Shown here piece after piece: positions 32,900 to 40,396 of a stretch of DNA of 48,150 nt. Position numbers and translations under genes: made by a program. The stretch is from a virus. The notes below the pieces were generated by a model. That model saw only the letters and a list, made by a program, of their open reading frames with translations, did not search any database and had not been told where the DNA came from. Position 1 is the stretch's first letter. The number at the start of each line of letters is the position of its first letter. The DNA lies in the IMG/VR virus record IMGVR_UViG_3300000115_000002, positions 1 through 48,150 of that record, one strand, 5' to 3'.

Positions 32900-34798
32900 A
32901 TGACAATGACATCCTCGAAAACAGGAGTTCAAGATTATTTAGGAATAAAAATTGACTATGAAAAAGAAAAGCAAATTGATTCTTTTTCTTTTCATACTTT
33001 AAAAGATAGATACTTTTGGGAAGATGAAACACACGCTCAAGAAGCTTATGCTAGAGCATCAGTTTTTGGAGCTACGCAAGGAAGCTATGGATCTACAGAC
33101 TATGAACTAGCACAAAGACTTTATAACTATGCTAGTAAAAATTGGTTTATGTTTAGCACTCCTATATTATCTAATGGAGGCACTAGCAGAGGGCTACCTA
33201 TCTCTTGCTTTTTAAACTATGTACCTGACTCTAGGTCAGGGCTTAGTAATCACTATGATGAAAACATTTGGCTTGCTAGTTCTGGTGGAGGGCTTGGAGG
33301 ATATTGGGGAGATGTTAGAAGTAATGGTGTATCAACTTCAAATGGCTCTCAGTCTACAGGAACAATACCTTTTATGCATGTTGTAGATAGTCAGATGCTT
33401 GCCTTTAACCAAGGAGTTACTAGGCGAGGAAGCTATGCAGCATACTTAGATATAACTCATCCTGAGATTGAAGAGTTTATTGCCATGAGAAAAACAACAG
33501 GCGGTGATTTAAATAGAAAATGTTTAAATTTACACAATGGCGTAAATATATCTAATGCTTTTTTGAAAGCTGTAAAAGAAGATAATGATTGGAGATTAAT
33601 AGATCCCAAAACAAAACAAGCAGTAAAGACTATATCAGCAAGAGATCTTTGGTTTCAGCTTATTCATACTAGAGCAGAAACTGGAGAGCCTTACATAGTA
33701 AATATAGATAACTGTAACGATGCATTAAATATTTTTCAAAGAGATTTAGGTCTTGAGATAAATCAAAGTAATCTTTGTTCTGAAATAACATTACCTACTA
33801 ATGAAGAAAGAACAGCAGTTTGTTGTCTATCTAGTGTCAATCTAGAATTTTTTGATGATTGGAAAGAAGATCAATACTTTATAAGCGATCTTATAACAAT
33901 GCTTGATAATATCTTACAGCACTTTATAGACTCTGCTTTAAAAGAAAATTCTAGTAATTTAAATGTAACTACACTAGAGGAGTTTATGCAGTATGTCAGG
34001 GAAGATAAACAAGGGTATGCGAAAGCCGCTTATTCAGCATATAGAGAACGCGCAGTTGGTCTTGGAGCGATGGGCTTTCATGCTTATTTACAGCGGAATT
34101 ATATATCTTTTAAAGGTATGTATGCCTCTTCCTTCAATAACAGATCTTTCAAACACATCAAAGATTCGGCTACTGCCGCTTCTAGGGTACTGGCTGAAGT
34201 TCGGGGCGAGTCACCTGATATGCGGTTTAGCGGTTTGCGTAATTCTCATCTTCTCGCTATTGCCCCTAATGCCTCTAGCAGTATTATATGTGGTGGAACG
34301 AGTCCTTCAATTGAGCCTTTCAGGGCTAACGTATTTACGCACAAAACTTTAACAGGCTCTTACAAGGTAAAAAATAAATACCTTAAAAAGTTACTTAGAA
34401 AAAAAGGAATAGATACAGAAGAAACCTGGAAAAGCATAGCTGCTTTTGATGGGTCTATTCAACACATAGAATATCTTTCAGATGAAGAAAAAGAAATATT
34501 TAAAACAGCCCCTGAGATAAACCAGATATGGTGTATTGAACACGCACATCAGAGACAAAAGTATGTATGTCAAAGTCAAAGTGTAAACCTTTTCTTTAAC
34601 CCTCCTTCTGCTACAGAACCTCAAGAACTGCATGATGAATTCTTAGAGTATGTAAATAATGTACATTGGGTCGGAGCTAATAAATTAAAATCTCTTTATT
34701 ATCTTAGGTCTAATGCTGCTAGAAATACTGAAAATGTAAATATAAAAGTTCCTAGAATAAACTTAGAGGAGGAAGCGTGTTTAAGTTGCGAGGGTTAA
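32900..34798 (+). CDS. nrdA: Ribonucleotide reductase large subunit, class I, without an ATP-cone (632 aa)
   Basis: Active-site NLCSEITLP, a C-terminal redox Cys pair CLSCEG, and pairing with an R2 gene downstream. Confidence 0.85.
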   Translation: MTMTSSKTGVQDYLGIKIDYEKEKQIDSFSFHTLKDRYFWEDETHAQEAYARASVFGATQGSYGSTDYELAQRLYNYASKNWFMFSTPILSNGGTSRGLPISCFLNYVPDSRSGLSNHYDENIWLASSGGGLGGYWGDVRSNGVSTSNGSQSTGTIPFMHVVDSQMLAFNQGVTRRGSYAAYLDITHPEIEEFIAMRKTTGGDLNRKCLNLHNGVNISNAFLKAVKEDNDWRLIDPKTKQAVKTISARDLWFQLIHTRAETGEPYIVNIDNCNDALNIFQRDLGLEINQSNLCSEITLPTNEERTAVCCLSSVNLEFFDDWKEDQYFISDLITMLDNILQHFIDSALKENSSNLNVTTLEEFMQYVREDKQGYAKAAYSAYRERAVGLGAMGFHAYLQRNYISFKGMYASSFNNRSFKHIKDSATAASRVLAEVRGESPDMRFSGLRNSHLLAIAPNASSSIICGGTSPSIEPFRANVFTHKTLTGSYKVKNKYLKKLLRKKGIDTEETWKSIAAFDGSIQHIEYLSDEEKEIFKTAPEINQIWCIEHAHQRQKYVCQSQSVNLFFNPPSATEPQELHDEFLEYVNNVHWVGANKLKSLYYLRSNAARNTENVNIKVPRINLEEEACLSCEG

Positions 34799-34801
34799 TA
34801 A

Positions 34802-35434
34802 ATGAGAGTTAAATTAATTAGTCAGTCTACAGGAGTTAATGGCGAAACTTTAAAAGACTTGGTAGTTTATTGTGCTAGGGTATCCAATCCTAAGTCTCAA
34901 GAAGAAGGTAAAGGTATTGATAAACTTTGGAACTACCTAAAGAAACATGGACACTGGAGTCCGTTTGAAATGGTCAATGTTTGTTTAGAAATAGAATGCC
35001 CAAGAGATATATCTAGGCAGCTATTAAGACACAGAAGTTTTTCTTTCCAAGAGTTTAGTCAAAGATATAGTGATCCGATAAGTGAAGGACTTAGAGTAAA
35101 CTTTAGAGAAGCTAGACTACAAGACATTAAAAATCGTCAGAACTCTATAGAAACTAATGATAAAAAAATTGCAGAGATGTGGGCTGCCTTGCAGACTAGA
35201 GTTAAAGATACAGCGTATGCAGCTTATATGACTGCTCTTGACACAGGATTAGCTAAGGAGGTAGCAAGAGCTTTACTTCCAGAGGGAATGACAACTTCTA
35301 GACTTTACATGAATGGTAATCTTAGAAGCTGGCTTCATTTTATTGAAGTACGGAAACATGAGTCTGCTCAAAAAGAAATTAGAGACATAGCGGAAGAATG
35401 TGATAAGATCATCAAACAACTTATTGAGGAATAA
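34802..35434 (+). CDS. thyX: FAD-dependent thymidylate synthase
   Basis: ThyX signature RHRSFSFQEFSQRYS. Confidence 0.9.
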   Translation: MRVKLISQSTGVNGETLKDLVVYCARVSNPKSQEEGKGIDKLWNYLKKHGHWSPFEMVNVCLEIECPRDISRQLLRHRSFSFQEFSQRYSDPISEGLRVNFREARLQDIKNRQNSIETNDKKIAEMWAALQTRVKDTAYAAYMTALDTGLAKEVARALLPEGMTTSRLYMNGNLRSWLHFIEVRKHESAQKEIRDIAEECDKIIKQLIEE

Positions 35435-35436
35435 AA

Positions 35437-35661
35437 ATGGGAAAGATAATTAATTTATATCCTGAGCCTTCTCCTGCTAAACCTAACAATTTATTCGAGA
35501 ACGCTAAAGATAAATATAATAAAGCACTTGTACTTGGATGGGATGATGCAAGCAATTTACTTGCAATGTCCACTTCAGATTTAAAAGTAGAAGAAGTGCT
35601 TTATATGGTTAAACTTTTTGAACATAGCTTATTATCTATATCTGATGAAGGAGAAATATGA
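35437..35661 (+). CDS. Hypothetical protein (74 aa)
   Basis: ORF between thyX and nrdB. It has no CxxC motif. Confidence 0.45.
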   Translation: MGKIINLYPEPSPAKPNNLFENAKDKYNKALVLGWDDASNLLAMSTSDLKVEEVLYMVKLFEHSLLSISDEGEI

Positions 35662-36620
35662 GTTTACTTGCAACAAGAGATTATTATAAACCTTTTGATC
35701 ATCCTTGGATGTTTGATTATTACGTGCAGCAAAATCAAATGCACTGGTTTCCTGAAGATGTACCATTACATACAGATGTAAAAGATTGGCAAGTCCTTTC
35801 TGACTCAGAAAAAAATCTTCTTACACAGATATTCAGATTATTTACTCAGTCTGATGTCGATGTAAGCACTGGATACGTTGATAGGTATATGAAAATTTTC
35901 CGAAAGCCTGAGTCCAGAATGATGATGGGAGCTTTTAATAACATGGAAAGTATCCATCAACATGCTTACAGTCTTCTTTTAGACACTGTGGGTATGCCTG
36001 AAGTAGAATATAAAGCCTTCTCTGAGTATGAGGCTATGGCTGATAAGCATGAGTACATTGATAAAGTAAAAGTAACCAGGACTGATAAACAATCTATAGC
36101 TAAAGCCTTAGCAATTTACTCAGGCTTTACAGAAGGACTTCAATTATTTTCTAGTTTTATAATACTTTTAAACTTCCCTAGATTTGGGAAGATGAAAGGG
36201 ATGGGACAAATAATAACTTATAGTATCAGAGATGAATCGCTACACGTTGAAGCAATGACAAAACTCTTTAGAGAGTTCATTCAAGAAAACATAGAGCTAT
36301 GGACTGATGACTTTAAGAAAGAAATATACCAAGCTTGTAGAGATATGGTAGATCTTGAAGATAGATTCTTAGACCTTGTATTTCAAATGGGAGATATAGA
36401 AGGGCTTACAAAAGAAGATATGAGAAAGTATATAAGATATATTGCTGACAGAAGATTATTACAGTTAGGATTGAAACCTAACTATGAAGTAAAAGATAAT
36501 CCTTTGAACTGGTTAGATGATGTGCTGGGTGTAGAACACCAGAACTTCTTTGAAGGCAGAGCTACTACTTATATGAAAGCAGGGCTAAGAGGTGATATGT
36601 CTAAGATGAGCTTTGCATGA
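35658..36620 (+). CDS. nrdB: Ribonucleotide reductase small subunit (R2)
   Basis: Di-iron ligand motifs MESIHQHAYS and IRDESLHV, with a typical R2 length. Confidence 0.9.
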   Translation: MSLLATRDYYKPFDHPWMFDYYVQQNQMHWFPEDVPLHTDVKDWQVLSDSEKNLLTQIFRLFTQSDVDVSTGYVDRYMKIFRKPESRMMMGAFNNMESIHQHAYSLLLDTVGMPEVEYKAFSEYEAMADKHEYIDKVKVTRTDKQSIAKALAIYSGFTEGLQLFSSFIILLNFPRFGKMKGMGQIITYSIRDESLHVEAMTKLFREFIQENIELWTDDFKKEIYQACRDMVDLEDRFLDLVFQMGDIEGLTKEDMRKYIRYIADRRLLQLGLKPNYEVKDNPLNWLDDVLGVEHQNFFEGRATTYMKAGLRGDMSKMSFA

Positions 36621-36841
36621 ACAAAGAAAAAGAAGGTAACATTATATCCTTTAAAGTGTTGATTGATGCTAAAGGATTTTTGATGACTGAGTATAGTCAA
36701 CTCCCTAGCAATAAAGTTAGGGAGATTTTTAATGCTAATGACAGTAGAATAATAAGAAAAGTTTTAAGTGAGCTAGAGCCTAAGTTACAGGTACTGCATA
36801 CAAAACTTGAAGAAGAACTATCAGCACTAAACCATAAATAA
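36617..36841 (+). CDS. Hypothetical protein (74 aa), the last gene of the plus arm
   Basis: ORF coupled to nrdB. Confidence 0.45.
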   Translation: MNKEKEGNIISFKVLIDAKGFLMTEYSQLPSNKVREIFNANDSRIIRKVLSELEPKLQVLHTKLEEELSALNHK

Positions 36842-37063
36842 TTATTTTATTTGTTTTATGTGCAGTCTTTCGCATAAGAATATTTTCTCAGTTGCATATA
36901 CTAAAAAATCTGAATGCTTTTTAATCATATCTAAAAGCATTTCAGATTCATCTTTCTCACTTGAAGCAGAGTAAGCTACAGCTAAATGACATAAAGAATC
37001 AGCACTTACTCTTATAGCACTTATTTCAGGACGCTCAGAATACTCTACCTCATCTAAGATCAT
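36842..37063 (-). CDS. Hypothetical protein (73 aa), the last gene of the minus arm
   Basis: ORF abutting the convergent junction. Confidence 0.4.
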   Translation of the reverse strand: MILDEVEYSERPEISAIRVSADSLCHLAVAYSASSEKDESEMLLDMIKKHSDFLVYATEKIFLCERLHIKQIK

Positions 37064-37207
37064 TCAAGTATCCAGTTTAGTTTTTTTATGTGCTGCCATA
37101 AACTCAACAATTTCTTCTGTTTGTTTTAAGATAGTTTCTTTTTGATTTGTTATAGCTTTATTTTCAAACTGTATTCGGTGTTTCTGTTGTGTTATTTCTT
37201 CACTCAT
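37064..37207 (-). CDS. Small hypothetical protein (47 aa from ATG 37207)
   Basis: MSEEITQQKHRIQFENK.... The ATG overlaps the stop of the upstream small ORF. Confidence 0.35.
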   Translation of the reverse strand: MSEEITQQKHRIQFENKAITNQKETILKQTEEIVEFMAAHKKTKLDT

Positions 37208-37370
37208 TAGGAATATCTTCACGATAATTATCGTAGTAATCCCAACACCCCTTCCTAGTTTCAAAAGTCCCGTCTTTAACTGCACCTTTACAGAAGGTAT
37301 TTATTTTTTCATTTCCAGGTTCAAAGATAAAAAGAGTAAGTAGAAATATAACAGGTAGTATTAGATCCAT
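37200..37370 (-). CDS. Small secreted or membrane protein (56 aa)
   Basis: My translation is MDLILPVIFLLTLFIFEPGNEKINTFCKGAVKDGTFETRKGCWDYYDNYREDIPNE. It has a hydrophobic N-terminus and an AAGGA RBS. It is below the track cutoff. Confidence 0.45.
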   Translation of the reverse strand: MDLILPVIFLLTLFIFEPGNEKINTFCKGAVKDGTFETRKGCWDYYDNYREDIPNE

Positions 37371-37405
37371 TTAGGGTTTGTTTCCTTTTAGTTAGAGAGT
37401 AAGTA

Positions 37406-37723
37406 TCACCACTTAACTTTATGTGACCAGTATCGTGCTGACATTTTTGAGGGGCTAGAATCTTGGGCGTTGTGTCTCGCATAATACGATTTCTTTCTTG
37501 CCTTGTCTTTAGCAGACTTAGGATTCTTTCCTGCTCCTTTAACGCCCTGTTGTCCAAATCTAATTGTCTTAACTTTGTCACCTTCTTTAGCGACAACGAC
37601 ATGACTTTTAGTTTTGTGATTAGGGGTACGTTTCGGTTTATTATAACCACTTACTCCTGCCTTTGCTAGTCTAGAATCTTTTTTAGATTTAACCTTACTA
37701 CCTTTTTTATACTCATCTCTCAT
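37406..37723 (-). CDS. Small very basic protein (105 aa)
   Basis: Lys-rich. Contains HVVVAKEGDKVKTIRFGQQG and the C-terminal MSARYWSHKVKW. Confidence 0.55.
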   Translation of the reverse strand: MRDEYKKGSKVKSKKDSRLAKAGVSGYNKPKRTPNHKTKSHVVVAKEGDKVKTIRFGQQGVKGAGKNPKSAKDKARKKSYYARHNAQDSSPSKMSARYWSHKVKW

Positions 37724-37968
37724 TACTTCTTCCTATATGATCTAGTCTTCTTAGCTATCTTCTTAGGTTGAGCAGAGTGCTGTTTACCTGCTTTAGTATC
37801 TTTACGTTTCTTTCTTGTAGTAGCGGCATATTCTTTATCACTTAATCCTTTAATAGCTTTTTCAGGCAAGTAACGCTCCCCAGTTTTACCACTAGGTTTA
37901 CCTGACTTAGTACGCCATTTTTGTTTAGTCCATTTCTTTAAGGATTTTTGAGATTTTTTAAGAGCCAC
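37723..37968 (-). CDS. Small very basic protein (81 aa)
   Basis: GTG start with AGGAGG 5 nt upstream. Lys/Arg-rich throughout. Confidence 0.55.
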   Translation of the reverse strand: MALKKSQKSLKKWTKQKWRTKSGKPSGKTGERYLPEKAIKGLSDKEYAATTRKKRKDTKAGKQHSAQPKKIAKKTRSYRKK

Positions 37969-38064
37969 TCAAGACCTCCTATCATTTTTTTAATTACCCA
38001 AGCTAAACAATTTTTAATTATTTTCCAGGTATTAGATAAGGTTTCTTTTATTTTTTCCCACATT

Positions 38065-38217
38065 TTATTTTTTCCCTTTATGATTTTTTTGCAGAGGAAA
38101 GTCTACTGCTAAACTAGCTCCTTTATGCGGAACAAATTTACCAGTATGTTTCATAATTTTATAACTTCCGTTTGGCTGCTTCATCCAATGATAACCCTTT
38201 GGAGCTTCTACTTTCAT
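38065..38217 (-). CDS. Small basic protein (50 aa)
   Basis: My translation is MKVEAPKGYHWMKQPNGSYKIMKHTGKFVPHKGASLAVDFPLQKNHKGKK. It has an ATGA overlap with the upstream gene and is below the track cutoff. Confidence 0.5.
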   Translation of the reverse strand: MKVEAPKGYHWMKQPNGSYKIMKHTGKFVPHKGASLAVDFPLQKNHKGKK

Positions 38218-38411
38218 TTGTATCCTCCTCCTGCATCTTTATATTGTTTAGCTAACATCTGAGCTTTTCGCGCTGACCACTGACCAGCTTTGCCGCCTTT
38301 AGTGCCAGCTTTTATTTTATTAAATAATCTTTTACGCATTGTAGGCTTAGTGTAGTTACCAGCCTCATTAACTTTAGATTTTTTTTTAGCTGGAGTTTTC
38401 TTTTTAGTCAT
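38214..38411 (-). CDS. Small very basic protein (65 aa)
   Basis: MTKKKTPAKKKSK...GQWSARKAQMLAKQYKDAGGGYK. Confidence 0.55.
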   Translation of the reverse strand: MTKKKTPAKKKSKVNEAGNYTKPTMRKRLFNKIKAGTKGGKAGQWSARKAQMLAKQYKDAGGGYK

Positions 38412-38646
38412 AGTATTTGTCCTTTGAACTAGACATTGTAGGAATACAATAAGCTGTTATATTATTTTTATAATAGTTTCTGTATTTATTAGTAGTAGTT
38501 TGCCTCATTTCAATAGCTGTTGCAAAATAATTACAACGAACTATATCTCGAAATAACATATTATCTGTACTAACAGGTTCATTATCTACAAGCACAACTA
38601 AAAGAAAACTCAGTATCACATTAAGTTCCAGAAAAAACCCAAGCAA
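38404..38646 (-). CDS. Doubtful ORF (80 aa from TTG, or 51 aa from ATG 38559)
   Basis: No RBS at either start. Otherwise about 200 nt would be non-coding. Confidence 0.25.
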   Translation of the reverse strand: MLGFFLELNVILSFLLVVLVDNEPVSTDNMLFRDIVRCNYFATAIEMRQTTTNKYRNYYKNNITAYCIPTMSSSKDKYYD

Positions 38647-39079
38647 TTATTACAAATACACTTACAGTTAAAAGAGCATAGCCTAATATCTGTAATAAAA
38701 GATGTAGATCCTTTTTTCTTTGTTTCTTTTTAAGCTTTAAAACATGCATTGCTTTTTCGTGAGCAAGACGACTTTCTTCAACTCTGTTCATTATCTCATT
38801 ATAATCAGCAGAAAGACCTTGCATAAGCATTATATCTTTAAGCTGTTGTTGGAATGTACTTAATTGTCTTTTAGCTACTTGAATCTGCATACTGTCTTGT
38901 ATTGACATCCGACTAATGTTTTTACTTTCAGCATCTAACACTGCGTCATTAGCTTTAGCAAACTTACCAATAATATTTGCGAAAGCTCCTGCATTATTTT
39001 TTGCTTCTTTTGCCGTAGCTATTGCATCGTTAAGGCCTTTAACAAGAGAAATGCAAGCTGCGATTTCTGCTATAGCCAC
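38621..39079 (-). CDS. Coiled-coil protein with a C-terminal TM helix (152 aa). A lysis-cassette accessory (spanin-like?) by position.
   Basis: GTG start with AGGAGG upstream. The C-terminus is LLLQILGYALLTVSVFVIIAWVF. Confidence 0.45.
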   Translation of the reverse strand: MAIAEIAACISLVKGLNDAIATAKEAKNNAGAFANIIGKFAKANDAVLDAESKNISRMSIQDSMQIQVAKRQLSTFQQQLKDIMLMQGLSADYNEIMNRVEESRLAHEKAMHVLKLKKKQRKKDLHLLLQILGYALLTVSVFVIIAWVFSGT

Positions 39080-39082
39080 TTC

Positions 39083-39244
39083 TTACCTCCTAATAAATTG
39101 TATGCACTCTGCCTCTACTTCTCTTTCAAATTTTTGATTGTTGATATACTTTGCTACCTCCCAACATTCAGACATTGTGCTATAGGTATTAAACTCTACA
39201 ACACCTAACTGACCAGAAAATAAATATAAAACTATTTTAAACAT
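39083..39244 (-). CDS. Small hypothetical protein (53 aa)
   Basis: My translation is MFKIVLYLFSGQLGVVEFNTYSTMSECWEVAKYINNQKFEREVEAECIQFIRR. It has a TAATG junction with the upstream gene and is below the track cutoff. Confidence 0.4.
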   Translation of the reverse strand: MFKIVLYLFSGQLGVVEFNTYSTMSECWEVAKYINNQKFEREVEAECIQFIRR

Positions 39245-39567
39245 TATTTCTTTGCCCATACTTGAGTACCAAAAAAGGTAGCTATTACTCCAGCAACTGC
39301 AACAAAGTATACAGCAGCTATGTCCCCAAGTATTTCTGTAGCTTGATTAAGACCAACAAAAGAACTACCTAAAATTAACGAAGGGTACAAAAGCATACCC
39401 CATAAAGCAAACCAACACATCTTACGTTGAGCATCAGCCTTCTCATGTTCCATCTCAAGATTCTGGAGTCTTTCAGAAAATGCTAATTCATCATCTGACA
39501 CTATACCGTCACCGTTGGCATCATACTTATTGAAAGAGCTATCTGGCTCTAGTTGTTTCGGACTCAC
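39244..39567 (-). CDS. EF-hand calcium-binding membrane protein (107 aa, two predicted TM helices)
   Basis: Canonical 12-residue EF loop DANGDGIVSDDE (aa 16-27). Hydrophobic helices MCWFALWGMLLYPSLILGSSFV and IAAVYFVAVAGVIATFF. Confidence 0.65.
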   Translation of the reverse strand: MSPKQLEPDSSFNKYDANGDGIVSDDELAFSERLQNLEMEHEKADAQRKMCWFALWGMLLYPSLILGSSFVGLNQATEILGDIAAVYFVAVAGVIATFFGTQVWAKK

Positions 39568-39944
39568 TTCTTTTTTAATCCCATTATTTTATCTACACCT
39601 TTAACGCCAAAAGAAGCACTGACCGCTAAGAAAAGTAAATAGCTATACCAATCAGGTAAATTCTCTAAAGCTTTAAAGCCTTCTGCAACCCTATCTATTA
39701 TAGTAGAGTCTTCGACTACAATACCCCAACCAATAGCAAGCAAAGGAACACTTAGAAGTACAGTAAACCATTCATCTTTCCAAGAGTTAGCAGACGCATC
39801 TGCCATCTTGCTTTCCCAATCCGCATCATTTTGTATAACTTGCATCTTGGCTTTATGCTTTGCTTGAGTTACTTCGTTTCTATTTTTTAATACAGTGCCT
39901 ACTATGTTTGTAGCAGGGCCTATTAAACTAGTTAACCAATTCAT
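39564..39944 (-). CDS. Putative holin (126 aa)
   Basis: Directly downstream of the lysozyme gene. Hydrophobic segments WFTVLLSVPLLAIGWGIVV and YSYLLFLAVSASFGV. Confidence 0.5.
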   Translation of the reverse strand: MNWLTSLIGPATNIVGTVLKNRNEVTQAKHKAKMQVIQNDADWESKMADASANSWKDEWFTVLLSVPLLAIGWGIVVEDSTIIDRVAEGFKALENLPDWYSYLLFLAVSASFGVKGVDKIMGLKKK

Positions 39945-39946
39945 CG

Positions 39947-40393
39947 TCAGACGCTCTCTAATCGCGCACAGAGCCTTTCAGCCCTTGCACCTACCTGATT
40001 GTACCACCTAGAATCACGCGCCTCTACAGCAGCCTTAGACCACTCTTGAGACTTCAGATGTTCTATTGTCATCTTAAACTTTGAGAATCTAGGACGGCCT
40101 AAGTTAAACATCATATTTACGCAAACCTCTTGAACTTCATCAGGAAAATCTTTCCAACAAGACTCTCCAAATACAACCTCGCAGTCTGCTATTGCTATCG
40201 AAATGTCTTTTTCAAAACACTCTTTAATTCTTTCTTTAGATACAGATGTACCTACTGGACAGTTATATTCTTTATCTGATTTTATAATTAAATGTCCTAT
40301 CCCTAATGTAGGATACCCAAGATGATCAAGATATATTTCTTCTTTGATTCCCTCATCAATCTTTAATTGATCAAAAACATTATCTAGTTTCAT
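39947..40393 (-). CDS. T4-type lysozyme (GH24 endolysin)
   Basis: LKIDEGIKEEIYLDHLGYPTLGIGHL, NMMFNLG and WSKAAVEARDSRWYNQVGARAERL align closely with T4 gpe. Confidence 0.95.
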   Translation of the reverse strand: MKLDNVFDQLKIDEGIKEEIYLDHLGYPTLGIGHLIIKSDKEYNCPVGTSVSKERIKECFEKDISIAIADCEVVFGESCWKDFPDEVQEVCVNMMFNLGRPRFSKFKMTIEHLKSQEWSKAAVEARDSRWYNQVGARAERLCARLESV

Positions 40394-40396
40394 AGA

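Noticed and set aside
36830-36880. Convergent-arm junction hairpin (TTATGTG...CGCATAA) as a bidirectional terminator.
   Set aside because: It has only a ~7-bp stem with a G-U pair, no flanking T-run on either strand, and lies inside the last minus-strand ORF. It is too weak to call.
37321-37669. ORFs 37321..37650 (-) and 37463..37669 (+).
   Set aside because: They overlap the better-supported 105-aa basic protein gene (37406..37723) and the 56-aa ORF in other frames.
37938-38063. Possible 41-codon ORF MWEKIKETLSNTWKIIKNCLAWVIKKMIGGLEWLLKNLKNP.
   Set aside because: It overlaps the AGGAGG-GTG start of the 81-aa gene by about 30 nt and has no RBS of its own. It cannot be distinguished from chance in AT-rich DNA.
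38916-39137. Plus-strand ORF 38916..39137, and plus-strand ORFs inside the 1494-aa and 873-aa genes (42014..42220, 43542..43748, 43838..44149, 44390..44572, 45060..45245, 46190..46372, 47177..47476).
   Set aside because: They are antisense to long, well-supported minus-strand genes and are low-complexity Ser/Phe/Ile-rich artefacts of AT-rich antisense DNA.
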